A DNA stretch of 64,000 nt from Camelus dromedarius (taxonomy: Eukaryota): positions 17,608,001 through 17,672,000 of the forward strand of contig NC_087462.1 in NCBI RefSeq assembly GCF_036321535.1, written 5' to 3'. A model generated the notes under the pieces. It was not told where the DNA came from. It searched no databases and worked only from the letters and a program-made list of their open reading frames with translations. The translations under genes were made by a program, and so were the position numbers. Every line of letters begins with the position of its first letter. The first letter of the stretch is position 1. Shown here in pieces: positions 49,021 to 60,729 of the stretch.

Positions 49021-49699
49021 TGTGGGAACGAATCACAACTCTATCCTTTCCGTGTTCCAGGCCAATGTAATCAAGCAGATGGAGACCGGAATGTTGGCTT
49101 TCTGGCTGATAAAACTCCTTTGATCAAGGACATGACTCAGGTGTGTGGCCGCCCCGACCACTGGACCTCCTAGTGTTGCCTCCCAGAACTTTCAGGGTTG
49201 CCTCTGGCAGAGGGGTGGGAGGGTGGGGTTCGCGGGGGAGGCATGTTTAACCTGAGTCACTGCGTCATGCTGTCAAACCCAGGGGTGTGGACAGAGGGTG
49301 TAGAAGGGACAGCCCCACACACCCCGGGGGCCGGCACCGAGCGGGTGCTCACTTGGGAGCTGGGAGATCTATATGAAAGGGGACCCGCTAGGCTCAACTG
49401 ATGCTCTTGACCTCAGAGAGCTTGTAGCCGAGGGCCCGGAGTAGGGAGAGGTGAGTGACGGAGCGAGGCAGGCGACATGAAGCCCATTACGATGTTTTCC
49501 TCTCCAGGCCTGGAAGGTCCTGCCCTGCCATGGAAATAGGAGGAGTGGGGGTAAAGTATTCCCCAACATTTGCAAAATCAGTGCTCAATAAATGGCTGTG
49601 ATGATTATTAACAAGTTATACATGTTTCCGGATTGCTACATGGGGGGGAAAAAAGGTAACACTGAAAGCTTCCTGGCAGGTGGGAATAGCAACAGTCAA

Positions 49700-49930
49700 C
49701 ACACAGGGGGAGCCGAGTATGGGCCAGGCATGTATTAACCCACTGATCGTTATGAATACAATTAATCATTGCATTAATCAATGTATTAACCCATTAATTC
49801 CTGCAACACCATGATGGCCTACATATGAGGAAACTGAGACACAAGATGCTTAGCCAGTGGCCAAAGGTGACACAGGCAGTGAATGGGGGACCCCAAATTC
49901 AAGTCCAGGTGTGCTGCCCGGAGGGCCTGT
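49700..49930 (-). mobile_element. MIR SINE with internal duplication
   Basis: ATATGAGGAAACTGAGACACAAGATGCTTAGCCAGTGGCCAAAGGTGACACAG...ATTCAAGTCCAGG. Confidence 0.8.
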
Positions 49931-49998
49931 GTCTCTCATCACGGTGCCATATCATTACTCCACAGGCCACTGCGGCAAGGCTGGGAATTCTGAAACGG

Positions 49999-50161
49999 GG
50001 GGTGCAACTTGCTTTATTTTATGGGGTGGGGAGGTAATTAGGTATATTCATTTATTCCTGCTTGGAGGAGGTACTGGGGACTGAACCCAGGACCTCTTGC
50101 GTGCTGAGCATGCACTCTACCACCTGAGCTTTCCCCTTCCCCTGGGGTGCAACTTGCTTTA
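49999..50161 (-). mobile_element. Vic-1 camelid tRNA-derived SINE with 18-bp TSD
   Basis: rc reads AGCTCAGGTGGTAGAGTGCATGCTCAGCACGCAAGAGGTCCTGGGTTCAGTCCCCAGTACCTCC...ACCTAATTACCTCCCC; TSD GGGGTGCAACTTGCTTTA at 49999-50016 and 50144-50161. Confidence 0.95.
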
Positions 50162-50835
50162 AAAAAATTAATTAAGAACGCAAAGAATTATAAAAGTTAT
50201 TAACACCACCCTTTTCAGAACTGGAAGGCTCCTTCAGTTGCATGAATGCTTAAGTCTATGATTCAGAATGATACCAAGAGAAAAACAATGGAGGGGCCAC
50301 GAAAATAGTCAACGACCTAAAACCAATTAACGACAACAGGAAACCTTTAAGTAAGAACTAATCACAGAGTCAGAGCAGGGGATGAATCGTATCATACAGA
50401 GCTGAACAACACAGGCCTGGTAAGCACCAACCGTACTGAAAAATGGCCAGACGTTACCTTCACACAAACGTAGCCACAAAAAGACATACACCTGCCAGTT
50501 GTAACAGTCCTGTGCAAACCGTAAGCGTCGGATAAATACTGACTGCTCGATAATAACAATCCTGAGACGTGATTTTTAAGTTTTAGTTCTAGAACTTCTC
50601 TTGAATAACTCTGCCCACTGATCTGTGTTATCTGAGTCATTTCGGAAAACTTTTATAGTCAATTCTGTGCTGACCGAGCAGGGTCCCTCTAAGAAACTTC
50701 TTCCTTTGTCTCCTTATTTGTTAGTAAAGCTGTGGTATGTCAGAGGCGTTTAAATAATCTCATTCAATTGAAAAAAAAAATGCTTTTCTGAAAGTACATC
50801 ATACTTTCACATTTCAAACCACATTCAGGTTTTTC

Positions 50836-51058
50836 TAAATGCTTTGCTTTTTTTTTATTTTATTGAAGCACAGCTGATTTACAACGTTGTGTTAACTTCT
50901 GCTGTACAGCATAGTGATCCAGTTTTTTTTTTTTTTGCAGATTATATTCCATTATAGGTTATTAACACTTGTATTATCTTTTGGATTCCACATATAAGTG
51001 ATACCATGTAGCATTTGTCTTTTTCTGCCTGACTTAATTTCACTATAAATGCTTTGCT
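50836..51058 (-). mobile_element. Internally deleted L1 3'-end insertion with 13-bp TSD
   Basis: TSD TAAATGCTTTGCT at 50836-50848 and 51046-51058; lacks about 185 bp present in the 45110-45535 copy. Confidence 0.9.
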
Positions 51059-51949
51059 ATCTTTTAATGAATGTCTGATGGGGATGAAATGAAAAAAATC
51101 TCTGCCAGCACTTTGGAAGTTCCTCACATCTAGCGCCTCTGTCATTTTTTGAACCTGAATTTGCTCTGCCTAATCCTGGGAAAATAAAAAGTTCTCCAAC
51201 TACCCCACTTGTTAATTTGCAGTCACCCTCCCCTACTGAATCACTTAAAACTCACCTTCCACTTGAAATAAAGTGAGAGTCATCCCCCTCCCCCATCTTT
51301 TGAATTTGGCCTTAACATTAAAAGATTAAGATAAAAACGCAAAATAACTATGAGGTACGTTCCCATTTGCTGCTTATGTCTCTATTTTTCTTCTCCTCAA
51401 GTGTTTACAATAGAGCATTTCAACTTGTTATGAGAGTGGGAATGAGAAAGTGAAATAGACTAGAAACAGACCAATTTCATTTCTCTGTCAGCATCTCCTG
51501 ACAGGCCAAAGATAAACCTCATAAACTGTGAAAAATGAACAGTCCTTGGTTTTGATAACCTAAGCTGGGATGAGGACCAAGGAGTCACTATCTCTGGAAC
51601 CCAGGAGTTTATCTCCCTGGCTTTTCAATGATTAATCCCAAACTTAGCCCATTTCGTCAACAACTTCAACAAGCCAGAAGGGAAGTTTTAGACCCCCGGC
51701 TCCAGCTCCTCTGTGTCCAGGCTTCCTGGTGCCAAACCAAGTGGTAATTAACCCAGTGTCCTTGTTTTTTTTTTTTTCTGACATGCAGACTTGCAAGAGT
51801 CCAGAGAAGGGAGACACCGGTGGCAACAGCCAACAGCAGATTTGCAGGGGGCGGGGGTTCAAGAGAGGAATTAACAGCACAGGATGTGGAGGCAATTACA
51901 CTGGCAAAAGCAGCGAGGCAGAGACGAACATGGAATGCGGGGAGCTGGG

Positions 51950-52250
51950 GAGGACAGTGAGCAGACTGGTCTGGCAGGAGAAGAATTTCCAAACTATTAT
52001 TAGGAAACAGTGGCGATAACGCCAGGTAGAAGGCTGGACTTGAAAATCCAGTGCGAGGAGTTTGGAGATAACGTGGTGGCTACAGGGAGCCATCGTGTGT
52101 TCTAGAGCAGGAGAGTCTCATGACGGGGTATCATGAACGACAATGGTGTGCAGGCAGCTGGTGGAAGAGACTAGAATCTGGGGGTCTCATTTAGAAACAT
52201 TTCAATCACTGGGACAGGAGGTGATGAGGGCTGGATTCTTCCAGTCTTCT
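51950..52250 (-). mobile_element. L2 LINE fragment
   Basis: GGAGTTTGGAG...GGGAGCCATCGTGTGTTCTAGAGCAGGAGAG...GGGACAGGAGGTGATGAGGGCTGGA. Confidence 0.75.
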
Positions 52251-52557
52251 TCCTTGATCCAAGTATTTCCCTTTTCACCATTAGTGAATTTTGCCATAGA
52301 AGCAAAAAACTTATCCTACCGTTTATTTCTTTCATCCTTATCTACTGGACTCTTAACGTTTATTTAATCTGTTTTAATGTCCCCTTGATCTTTAGTATCT
52401 GTGAAATCATAAACTCGGTATGTTAGCTTTTTATATATATATTTAAGCCACATGGAAACAAGTAGATGGCTAGTAAAATAAGAGGTTTGTCTGAGCTGCA
52501 CTTAAAATCACTTAAACCCCCAGTGGGGCACATACACCTTGGAGAAAGCTGCCTTAG

Positions 52558-52715
52558 TTCATGGGTTCTTAAGCTTACTGAGGTCACAGACCCCTTTGCT
52601 TACCTACTAAAACTACAGATCCCTTTCCCAGAAAACAGAGTGTACATCTGCGTGCACGCAGGCTTTTGTGTAATCATTTCAAGCTGTCACCATCCCTTGG
52701 GGTAAAGCCCTCTTG
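52558..52715 (+). mobile_element. Charlie4z-like hAT MITE
   Basis: GGGTTCTTAAGCT...GGTCACAGACCCCTTTG...GATCCCTTTCCCAGAAAA...TTTTGTGTAATCATTTCA. Confidence 0.65.
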
Positions 52716-53329
52716 ACTTGTCTGAGGTTGGTAGAACTCGAACCTTAGCTTTTCAGCAGGCCAGGTTACTCGGCAAATCTTCCCGAAGCTCACCATGGCT
52801 TTGGAGAAGCCCTTCCAAGAGCCTGCAACACCCGCGGGGGGTGGGGGTAGGGTGTGCCGAGCCCCTCGGCTTCTAGAATGTTCTGTAGTGAAAGCCACTG
52901 CTAGTGGTTCCCCTGACACCCCTGCTCTCTTCTGAGGCTCCCAGGAGACGACTGCCACAAGGAAACTCTCTCTATGGTGCTGGTCTGCACGGGGCAGAGC
53001 AGGCGAAGGCCTGCACCCAGACCCCCAGGGCCGAACCCAGACGTGGCCGGACCAGCCCCAGGGAGGTGGGCTCCGCGGTCCCCTTTGGCCTCCCAGCCTG
53101 CTGCCCTCACCCATGGCCTGTGATTGCTCTGTCAAATCAATTCAAGAGACTATAAAGATATAAGGGCTGAACAGCACCAGCAGGGGACTCCTTTTTTTCC
53201 TGTAAGGCTCCTTGCCAGATAAAACAAGAATAAATATGAAGTGGCTTCATATTCCAAGCATGAACTAATGTTGGGGTTGCGGCTGATAAGTAAGGAACAG
53301 CTCAACAGGCTTTGACACCACGACTCTGG

Positions 53330-53383
53330 AGGGGGCAACGCTCTCACTGGAAGAGGGGGCAACGCTCTCACTGGAAGAGGGGG
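53330..53383. repeat. 24-bp tandem repeat, 2.25 perfect copies
   Basis: AGGGGGCAACGCTCTCACTGGAAG at 53330-53353 and 53354-53377, then AGGGGG. Confidence 0.95.
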
Positions 53384-53984
53384 TGTGGGGTGTGGGGATT
53401 TATCGGGACTGCTGGGGAGAGCGCTGTCTGGAAGAGGTTCCTCTCTCATAAAAAACTCAGGCCCCCGCTGACCGGTTCTCACGTTAGGAAAACACTGGTA
53501 AATCATCATAATCCAGGAACCAGTCCCTTCCTCTGCTCCGAGCACGAGGGCCCTTCTCTTCTTATCTGGTTCTAATTTTCTTCATGGGTGCTGCTCCTAG
53601 TCCCTTAATTGAAAGGATGTTTGGCTAGAAGCCCATGACCCGCCTGGAACAAAAACACAAAGTCGGAGGGGCTGATACTCTGTGTGTCTAAGAGAAGTAA
53701 ACGCGGATGGACTGGGTCCTCCGGGGTCCCTGCTGGGTTAGGGTGGGAGCTCTGAGGCACAGGTGTGGGGGGCTGGCTACCTGGGGAGCCCCAGTAAGTC
53801 AATGGCTTTCAGAATGTCCTCTGGAGAAAATAAGGTCGTTACAAGGCTTTCAAGGTCAACCATAACAGACTCCCTTCAACTCGCTTTCCTTTGGTTGCTT
53901 TCACTGACCCCTCTGGGCCTTCCACCAAAGCTGGGTCTGATACTGCTCTGAGTGACACAGCAGTAAGAGATGGGATTTTGGGGT

Positions 53985-54190
53985 CTCACGGTGGACCTGG
54001 ATTAAAATATGCCTCCATGCCTTCGTAACTGTGTGGCTTTGGACATGTGGGTTAACCTCTCTGGGCTTTACTTTCTGTGAAATCCAGAGAAATGGAGTAA
54101 CTGCATTAGAGAATGGCTGTGAGGCTGGAATGAGGTGATGTGCGTAAAATGTATAGGAGGGCTCCTGGCACACGGCAGCTCTCACCTGAT
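53985..54190 (+). mobile_element. MIR SINE
   Basis: CTGTGTGGCTTTGGACATGTGGGTTAACCTCTCTGGGC...GTGAGGCTGGAATGAGGTGATGTGCGTAAAA...CCTGGCACAC. Confidence 0.85.
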
Positions 54191-54394
54191 GGTGCACATC
54201 ATCACCGTCAGCAGCACCGCCACCACCAACATCCTCCCTGATGACCCGGGCCAGTGTTGGAAGAGAACAAAGACATTAAGTTCCACCCAGCTCCATGTCA
54301 TTTAGAATGGATCTGCAGATGGCACTCAGGATAGCACCAGTATGCGCATCCCGTTTCACTCTTCAGCTAGACCATCAGGATATGGAAGGAGATA

Positions 54395-54620
54395 TAGCTG
54401 TAATGTTCCTTCATTACATTTCATTACATACAATGAGTCTGTTCACCCACTCGACGAATATTGTACCTACGATGTTCCAGATACGTTCCCATGGCGGTGG
54501 ATACAGCTGTAAGCAGGGACACACGGTCCTTGTCCTGGCAGACTACAGTCCCCTCTGCCACTTAGGTGTGACACAGCCTTGGCAAACTCAGTGCAGGACG
54601 CCTCAAAGGCAGCCTGAGTT
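54395..54620 (-). mobile_element. L2 LINE 3' end
   Basis: GTTCACCCACTCGACGAATATTGTACCTACGATGTTCCAG...GGATACAGCTGTAAGCAGG...GTCCTTGTCCTGGCAGAC. Confidence 0.7.
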
Positions 54621-55247
54621 ATCGCGCAAGGTTAGTTTTGCAACCAAACGGCAGGACACTGAAGTCCCCAGGGCCATAGCCACTTAGGGGCTGTACTTTC
54701 CCCAAAATGCCCACAGGAAATTCACCGGGTATTTGCTGAACTCCCCTCAGTACCAGGTACTGTGCAGGGCCCAGGAGTGCCATGGTGGGCGAGGCGGGTC
54801 CAGGCCCAGGCTAGGAGATGCGGGCCGTCACTGACATGGAGGGACAAGACAGTGAAGAAGACAAGCGTTCTGTCAAGTGGCAATGCCCGATCCCCAAGGC
54901 ATCTGCCACCACTGTGCTGCAGACCCTTACGGCATAACCTCCCACCAGCCAGGCCATCTTCTGGCGCGGGGTATGCGCTAAGGCTTAAACCAACTCCACA
55001 CGCTCCAATCACCTATTTCATTTATGGGATCATCTTAAAAAATAAGGAAAGCAAAGATGACCCTCCCCACCTAGGAGGTGGGCCGACAGCTAGAGAATTT
55101 AGCAGGTCTGAATCACATTCTACTGTCCATATGGCTGCTTCCCTCTCCCTTAATAGCCTGACCCTCCCAGGACCCATTAGGAACCCGCCCCTCCCCTCCT
55201 TCTTTCTTCACTAGCCCCCAGCCTCCCACACTAGCACATAAGTTGTG

Positions 55248-55396
55248 NNNNNNNNNNNNNNNNNNNNNNNNNNNNNNNNNNNNNNNNNNNNNNNNNNNNN
55301 NNNNNNNNNNNNNNNNNNNNNNNNNNNNNNNNNNNNNNNNNNNNNNNNNNNNNNNNNNNNNNNNNNNNNNNNNNNNNNNNNNNNNNNNNNNNNNNN
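55248..55396. other. Assembly gap (149 N)
   Basis: N run. Confidence 0.99.
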
Positions 55397-56154
55397 ACAA
55401 AGAGCTGATGAGAGCCTGGTGTTTACTATTAGAAGCAGGATCTGAAAACCGAATGAGAGAAAACCTAGCTCTTCACCCACACTTGTTCTTTTCCTGCCAA
55501 AGCTTCCCGAACGAGAGGTTGTGCTCTACCAGGATCTCCCAGGCATTCCTCTGAGCAGAGAGGCCTTTGAGAAAGCCAGTCTCCTGGGCCTCCTCAGCTG
55601 TCATTCCCCGGCACGGAGTGAGGAGGCACACGTGGTGCCGAGGAAGTGGTCTGAGCACTCGGCGAGCCAGGTCCCTCCTGCCCCACGGCTCTGCCCACCC
55701 CACCCCCCAGGCCACCTGCACCCCTGCCAGGTCTCCTATCGTCATGACTGGCAGACAATATCAGGGAACCTGAACCAGGATGAGGGGGAAGGATATTAAG
55801 TTACCCCTCTGGCCCCAGCCTCTTTCTATCTGTTCTTTGACCTAAAAACAATAGACATTAAAATGAGATTAGGTAGAGAGGGTCTGGGAGTTTCTGGGTA
55901 GGTGAGTAAATGTGTTTACGTTATACCTGCGCATGTGTGTGCTTGAAAGTGTGCATTCTGGGTACACAGTCTGTGCATGTTTGCCTACGTACACTGCAGC
56001 CTGTCTGCTTAACCCAGCGCATATCATCTTGCTCGGCCACAATTTTATCCTGACTTTCTCAGAGCAGAAAGCTCCTCTCAATAGCTTTTCTTCCCAAGAT
56101 TTATCAGAGCTGAAGATGACCTCTGCCCAGTGTGGTTACGTTGTACAAACACAA

Positions 56155-56217
56155 GCACGTGTGTATGTACAACATGCATGTACACACGTGCACGCATGCA
56201 CACGTGCACACACACAC
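56155..56217. repeat. Alternating purine-pyrimidine tract (complex CA/TG/CG)
   Basis: RY alternation over 56155-56171 and 56172-56217. Confidence 0.9.
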
Positions 56218-56879
56218 TGTGCTTTTAGAGTTCTTGGGTTCTCCATGGCTCCTCTTGCCTAAACACTCAGCGCCACCAGAGGAAGTCGCCTCTGGATGTT
56301 AATTTGGACATTAATCTTCCCTCCTAATCTCCTTTTCTTCCCGGTTGCCTTAACGGGACACTGAACAGTGACCTCCTTGCACGCAGCCAGCCTGCCAGGA
56401 GGTTCTGGTGCTGGGCTTCAAGGGGCCCAGCCCTGGGAGAACCGGCCACTTCCCCTTGGTGCTAGTGGGTAGAGAGCAGTCATCAGGCTACAACGCCGGG
56501 CATGCGCTCCCAGCTCTATATGGTTCTTAGTAAAGTGAGGATAACTTTATTCTTCTCTTAGGTAAAGCCCACACAAGGGAAGGCGGAGATTAAAAAGCCA
56601 AAACATCAATTCTTTGTGATGGAAAGAAATCATCTCTGGCTGGATGTGAGTTAGAAGACACTCTGGGTCCCATGGAGAAAGGAAACTCCTGACTCCTATA
56701 ATACAAGGCAAAGGGGGTGACTCATTTTAGGGTGAGCACATAATCTGTGCTGTGGACCTGCGAGGTTGGAAGGATGTCCCAGGAAAAGGAAGAGCACAGA
56801 GGGAATGGCCACACAGAGGAACACAGAAGCTTGCAAAGAGGTCATCACAGTGAGAGCTGGTATCTGGAAGGAGCCAGAG

Positions 56880-57000
56880 AAATCCACTGAGCCTGTGGTC
56901 CTGGCCAGGTCCACCTCTTTACTGAGGGCTTCCCTGGTAAGTCTGGACAAGCCACCCAGTCTCTCTAGGTCTCGTTGTCCCTTCCGAAAAGGGGCAGATC
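56880..57000 (+). mobile_element. MIR SINE fragment
   Basis: GTCTGGACAAGCCACCCAGTCTCTCTAGGTCTCGTTGTCCCTTCCGAAAAGGGG. Confidence 0.55.
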
Positions 57001-57039
57001 TTCCTGCCTTTCCTTTGTCTCATAGGTGGACGGCTCCAA

Positions 57040-57290
57040 AAACAATAATAGCAAACATTCAGCACGCCTTGTCACGCACCAGGGGCTGCAGCGAGCGCGG
57101 CCACACATTTTCTCATGGGACCTTCACGCCCGTCACGGCGAACTTCGGTACGTGCTGTTATGATCTGCGTCTCACTAACGAGGAGGCTGAAGCTCAGAGA
57201 TGAGCTAACCTGTTGGAGGTCACCATGGTAAGTGGTCGAGACAGGAATCTGAGCGAAGGCAGCTCGACGCTTCTGCACCCCAGGTGACAC
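57040..57290 (-). mobile_element. MIR SINE
   Basis: AATAATAGCAAACATTCAGCACG...CACTAACGAGGAGGCTGAAGCTCAGAGATGAGCTAACCTG...GGTCGAGACAGGAATCTGA. Confidence 0.85.
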
Positions 57291-58385
57291 TGCAACATGA
57301 ACAACATTTACTGCTCTTGTTAGAAGGAACCAGGAACCAGAGGTTGCCTAGGAACACAAAGCACAAAGCAAGTGTGAAAGAGCCTCAAAACGTATCAAAA
57401 CAGAACATTGTCTTCCTCCCCCTGAAATTTCCAACTACATCATGTACTTTCCCGCTAACTTCGGAGACCCACAGCCTGCTAATTCACTTTCCAGACCCAC
57501 GCAGCCATGTCTCTGAGCGATCGTAACTTGGTTGAGTCAGCTGACAAGGTCTGCAAGCTCTCGGAAAGATATCATTAGTTGGAAATGATGCCAAATGTCA
57601 CACAGGGGGTCTGTTTGCAAACACCTTCCCCCGGCCCCTCGCCAAAGTCGCGTCTTGTGTATCCCTTGCCTTTCTGCGCCAGCTCCTCCAGCCCACTGAG
57701 CTACCCACGCCGAGGAAGAACAGACCCACAGTAAACCACGGAGTAGTGTTTGGTCTGCTGTGGTCAGCAAGGGCGGCCAAGTTTCCTGAAAGGTGCCCAG
57801 GATCCAGACAGTGTTAGACCTGCAGCCAGTGCCACGTCCCAGTTTCACACCAAGCGGCTACAAGCCACCAACACAAGTTCAACAAGCATTCGTTGGGCAC
57901 CTACTTCAGGTCAGCTAGCAGACGTGATACAGTACGGTGCCCATCCCTCCCCAGATGCTAAATGTAGGGCAAGAAAAGACCAGTCAAGAAACGCCATGAT
58001 ACAGGGTGCAATTAGATGCACGCCAAAGGAGCACCATTTTAATTACGGCTGGAATATATTTTGAACGATTAATTTGTATTCATTTTTCTCATCAGTTTTC
58101 TTCACTCCTCTCTTCTCTTCTCAAGCAAGTACCCAGTCAGTCTTGCCTTCATGCCTTTAGAACTGGTCCATTCCAGAGAGGGAGGAGAAGCCATCTGCAA
58201 AGACAATCTGACTTTGGTATTCCAAAAGTTGATGCTCAGAGGTGACCCCGTAGGGTCTTTGGAGGAAGGAGCAAAGTGAACTGGAGATAGCCAAGGTCGA
58301 GAGGGGCTTTTACTCACAATAGAAAGAGAGAAATATCTCCGGGCTGGAGGCAAGGTAGGGCAACTAGGAGAAGGAGAGAACAAGT

Positions 58386-58389
<4 letters not shown>

Positions 58390-58417
<28 letters not shown>
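58390..58417. repeat. (GA)14 microsatellite
   Basis: Directly visible. Confidence 0.97.
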
Positions 58418-58420
<3 letters not shown>

Positions 58421-58904
58421 ACACTGAAGTCAGGACTGCTGGGTGCTTAGGCAGAGGACTCAGCCTCATGATTCCTGTCTAGCATGGCCGCAGCAAGCAA
58501 GGGCTGTGTGGTATGTTTAAGTAAACACAGGACCAAAGGTGAGTTTGTAAAAAAAAAAAAAAAATCCTCACGTTGCCCATGTGACCACAGAGCACATGGA
58601 GAGAACAGGATGCGTCCCAGAGGTAACTTGCTTGGTTTCTGCCTTCCTTTGACACTGCCCAAGTCCCTGGAACTACGGCCCAGACTCAGGGTGGATCCCG
58701 AGCAATTCCTCCCACGGTCTCCTGGTGGTTTGGAGGGACAGCCCTGTGCTGAGGGTCCTGGATTTTTAGTTGCTAAATTTAGCAACCCTAGATTTCACTT
58801 GAAGGTGAAATTAAGGTGATAAAAAGGATGTGGGTGAAAATTCATACCTGAGTTTGCAGAACTGAATTTGTGGACTGAGTCACACCCATTCAAACATAAT
58901 GCCC

Positions 58905-59110
58905 TTTATTTTTAGAGTGCTTTACAGTTTATAAAGCTCCTTCACATTTACCGTATCACTTGATTCTCCCAATTACCTGGTGAGAGGAGAAATGCGAGTC
59001 TAATTATTTCTAGAAAGAGACACAGGGCTTAGGGAAGCTTAGCCTGCTGAAGATGCGAAGTCCATGTGGACCAAAGCTATGAGCAAATCCTGTCTCAGCT
59101 CCCAGGCCAC
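58905..59110 (-). mobile_element. MIR SINE
   Basis: GAGTGCTTTACAGTTTATAAAGCTCCTTCACATTTA...CCCAATTACCTGGTGAG...GACACAGGGCTTAGGGAAG. Confidence 0.7.
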
Positions 59111-60729
59111 TCTGCTCCAGACCCTGCCCAGAGTCCCCAGACTGGCCTCAGCTCCAGCAGTCCAAAAATGACACCACTGAATTCAGTTCCAAAATGCCTC
59201 TTACAAGCTTTCTAGAAGCATGGAGTTTTAGGGGTGCCTGAGTCCAGATGACCTCTCTCTGGTTTGCAGAAGAGTCAGAACTAGGAAACGATTTTACTTG
59301 GTAAAGTGACCACAGTCAAGTCTTCAAAGCCTGTGGGTCCCTGGGTGACAAGACCTATGACCGGGCCAGCTGCTAACCCTTTGGTTCGTTATCTTCCAGG
59401 CCAGGTGACACCCACCCACCAAAAAGATAGCCTGACTCCACCACTGCTCAGTGAGGATGGTGTTTCAGGGAGAAGAAAGCTGTGCAAAGAACGGGGCCAG
59501 ACTTTGGGGGGTGCCTTGCAGACCCGGAGGAGACGAGGCTGAGGAATGCACTGTCCAGCACACTCGAGACAGCCATTGCTGGGGGGGAGGGACCCACTGT
59601 CAGAGCTCGGGTTTTTACACATCCTAAAATCTTTACTTATGGACACCAGGTCAAAGGGAAGGGAACAAACGCAACCAGACTTGAACAGTTACCTGGAGCT
59701 GTTGTCAGCAAATGGACTGCAGCTGTTTTTGTCATTTCACAAGACGGTCCTTTTTTTCCTTTTTAGTGTGTTGTAGGAAATAAAGAATGTGATTCCGGGG
59801 AAGTCTCCACGTACGCCACCACCCACTTTGATAAAAATTTCATCTTTCACTTTATGGGGGATTCAAGGGCACGGAAAAAATTTTTTTCTTCTTTCTTTTT
59901 ATTATTTTTTTAAGTGTTAGAAGATAGAAACCAGTCTTACTGTCATTTTTTGTTCTTTATACTTTGATATGTTATAAGTATTATTTATTATCCACTAAAT
60001 AGTTCACGTAAACAATAACTCTTCATGTGGTGGAAGCCGTTTTTGGGCTGTGAGAAAGGGCATCTCCTGGACTGAGAAATAAGACAAGGATTTTGATGTT
60101 CATCAAGATACTCCTTCCAAACTTCTGTCTTGTAATGTTTCCAAAGCCAAGTGACTCGAAGCTCTGTGGACCTGTGGTAACTGTATCTGAGTATTTCTTC
60201 CAAGTGTCTCACTGACTGGCAGCCACTGACCTGGAGCAGATCGCCTGAGGGGGTGGGGCTGGGGCAGTGTCGCCGCTGCGTCTGGGCAAGAGTGTCCTAC
60301 TCAGAGCTTGGGGCTCCTTCTTACCAGCCTGGCTCACCTGGACGGATGAAACTCAGCGCCAGGATCCCCAGCTCCGTTCCTCCACTCCGGGCCGGTGACT
60401 TGTAAATGTGGAGGCTCTGCTAAGCACTGGGATTTCATTAAGGGCCTCGTTAAAATTTACTGGAGTCAAATAAAGAAAGGACCCAGCCTTGGAAATGATT
60501 CTCCACCCATGTCTCTCCCTCTCACCGCTGCCCACCCCCTCCCCACGTATTCATCCATTAAACGGGTAACGACTGAGCTAATTCTGGAAAGTTGCCCAGA
60601 TCGAATATCTTTAGAAATCACTTCAGAAAACGCCTTTAGGAAGGTAGGTCACCTCTTCCCATTTGTCTCACTCTGGCGGGTCTGCGCCTACACGAAGAGG
60701 CGGCGAAGCAACAATGTGACAAATAAGAG

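Noticed and set aside
56880-57290. Adjacent oppositely oriented MIRs as a possible dsRNA hairpin (also the two MER58A copies 11 kb apart)
   Set aside because: Copies are too diverged for extended pairing, and the arrangement is expected at this repeat density.
58483-58544. ATG in good Kozak context with donor AAG|GTGAGT (MAAASKGCVVCLSKHRTK)
   Set aside because: No promoter or CpG context and no homology; too weak on its own.
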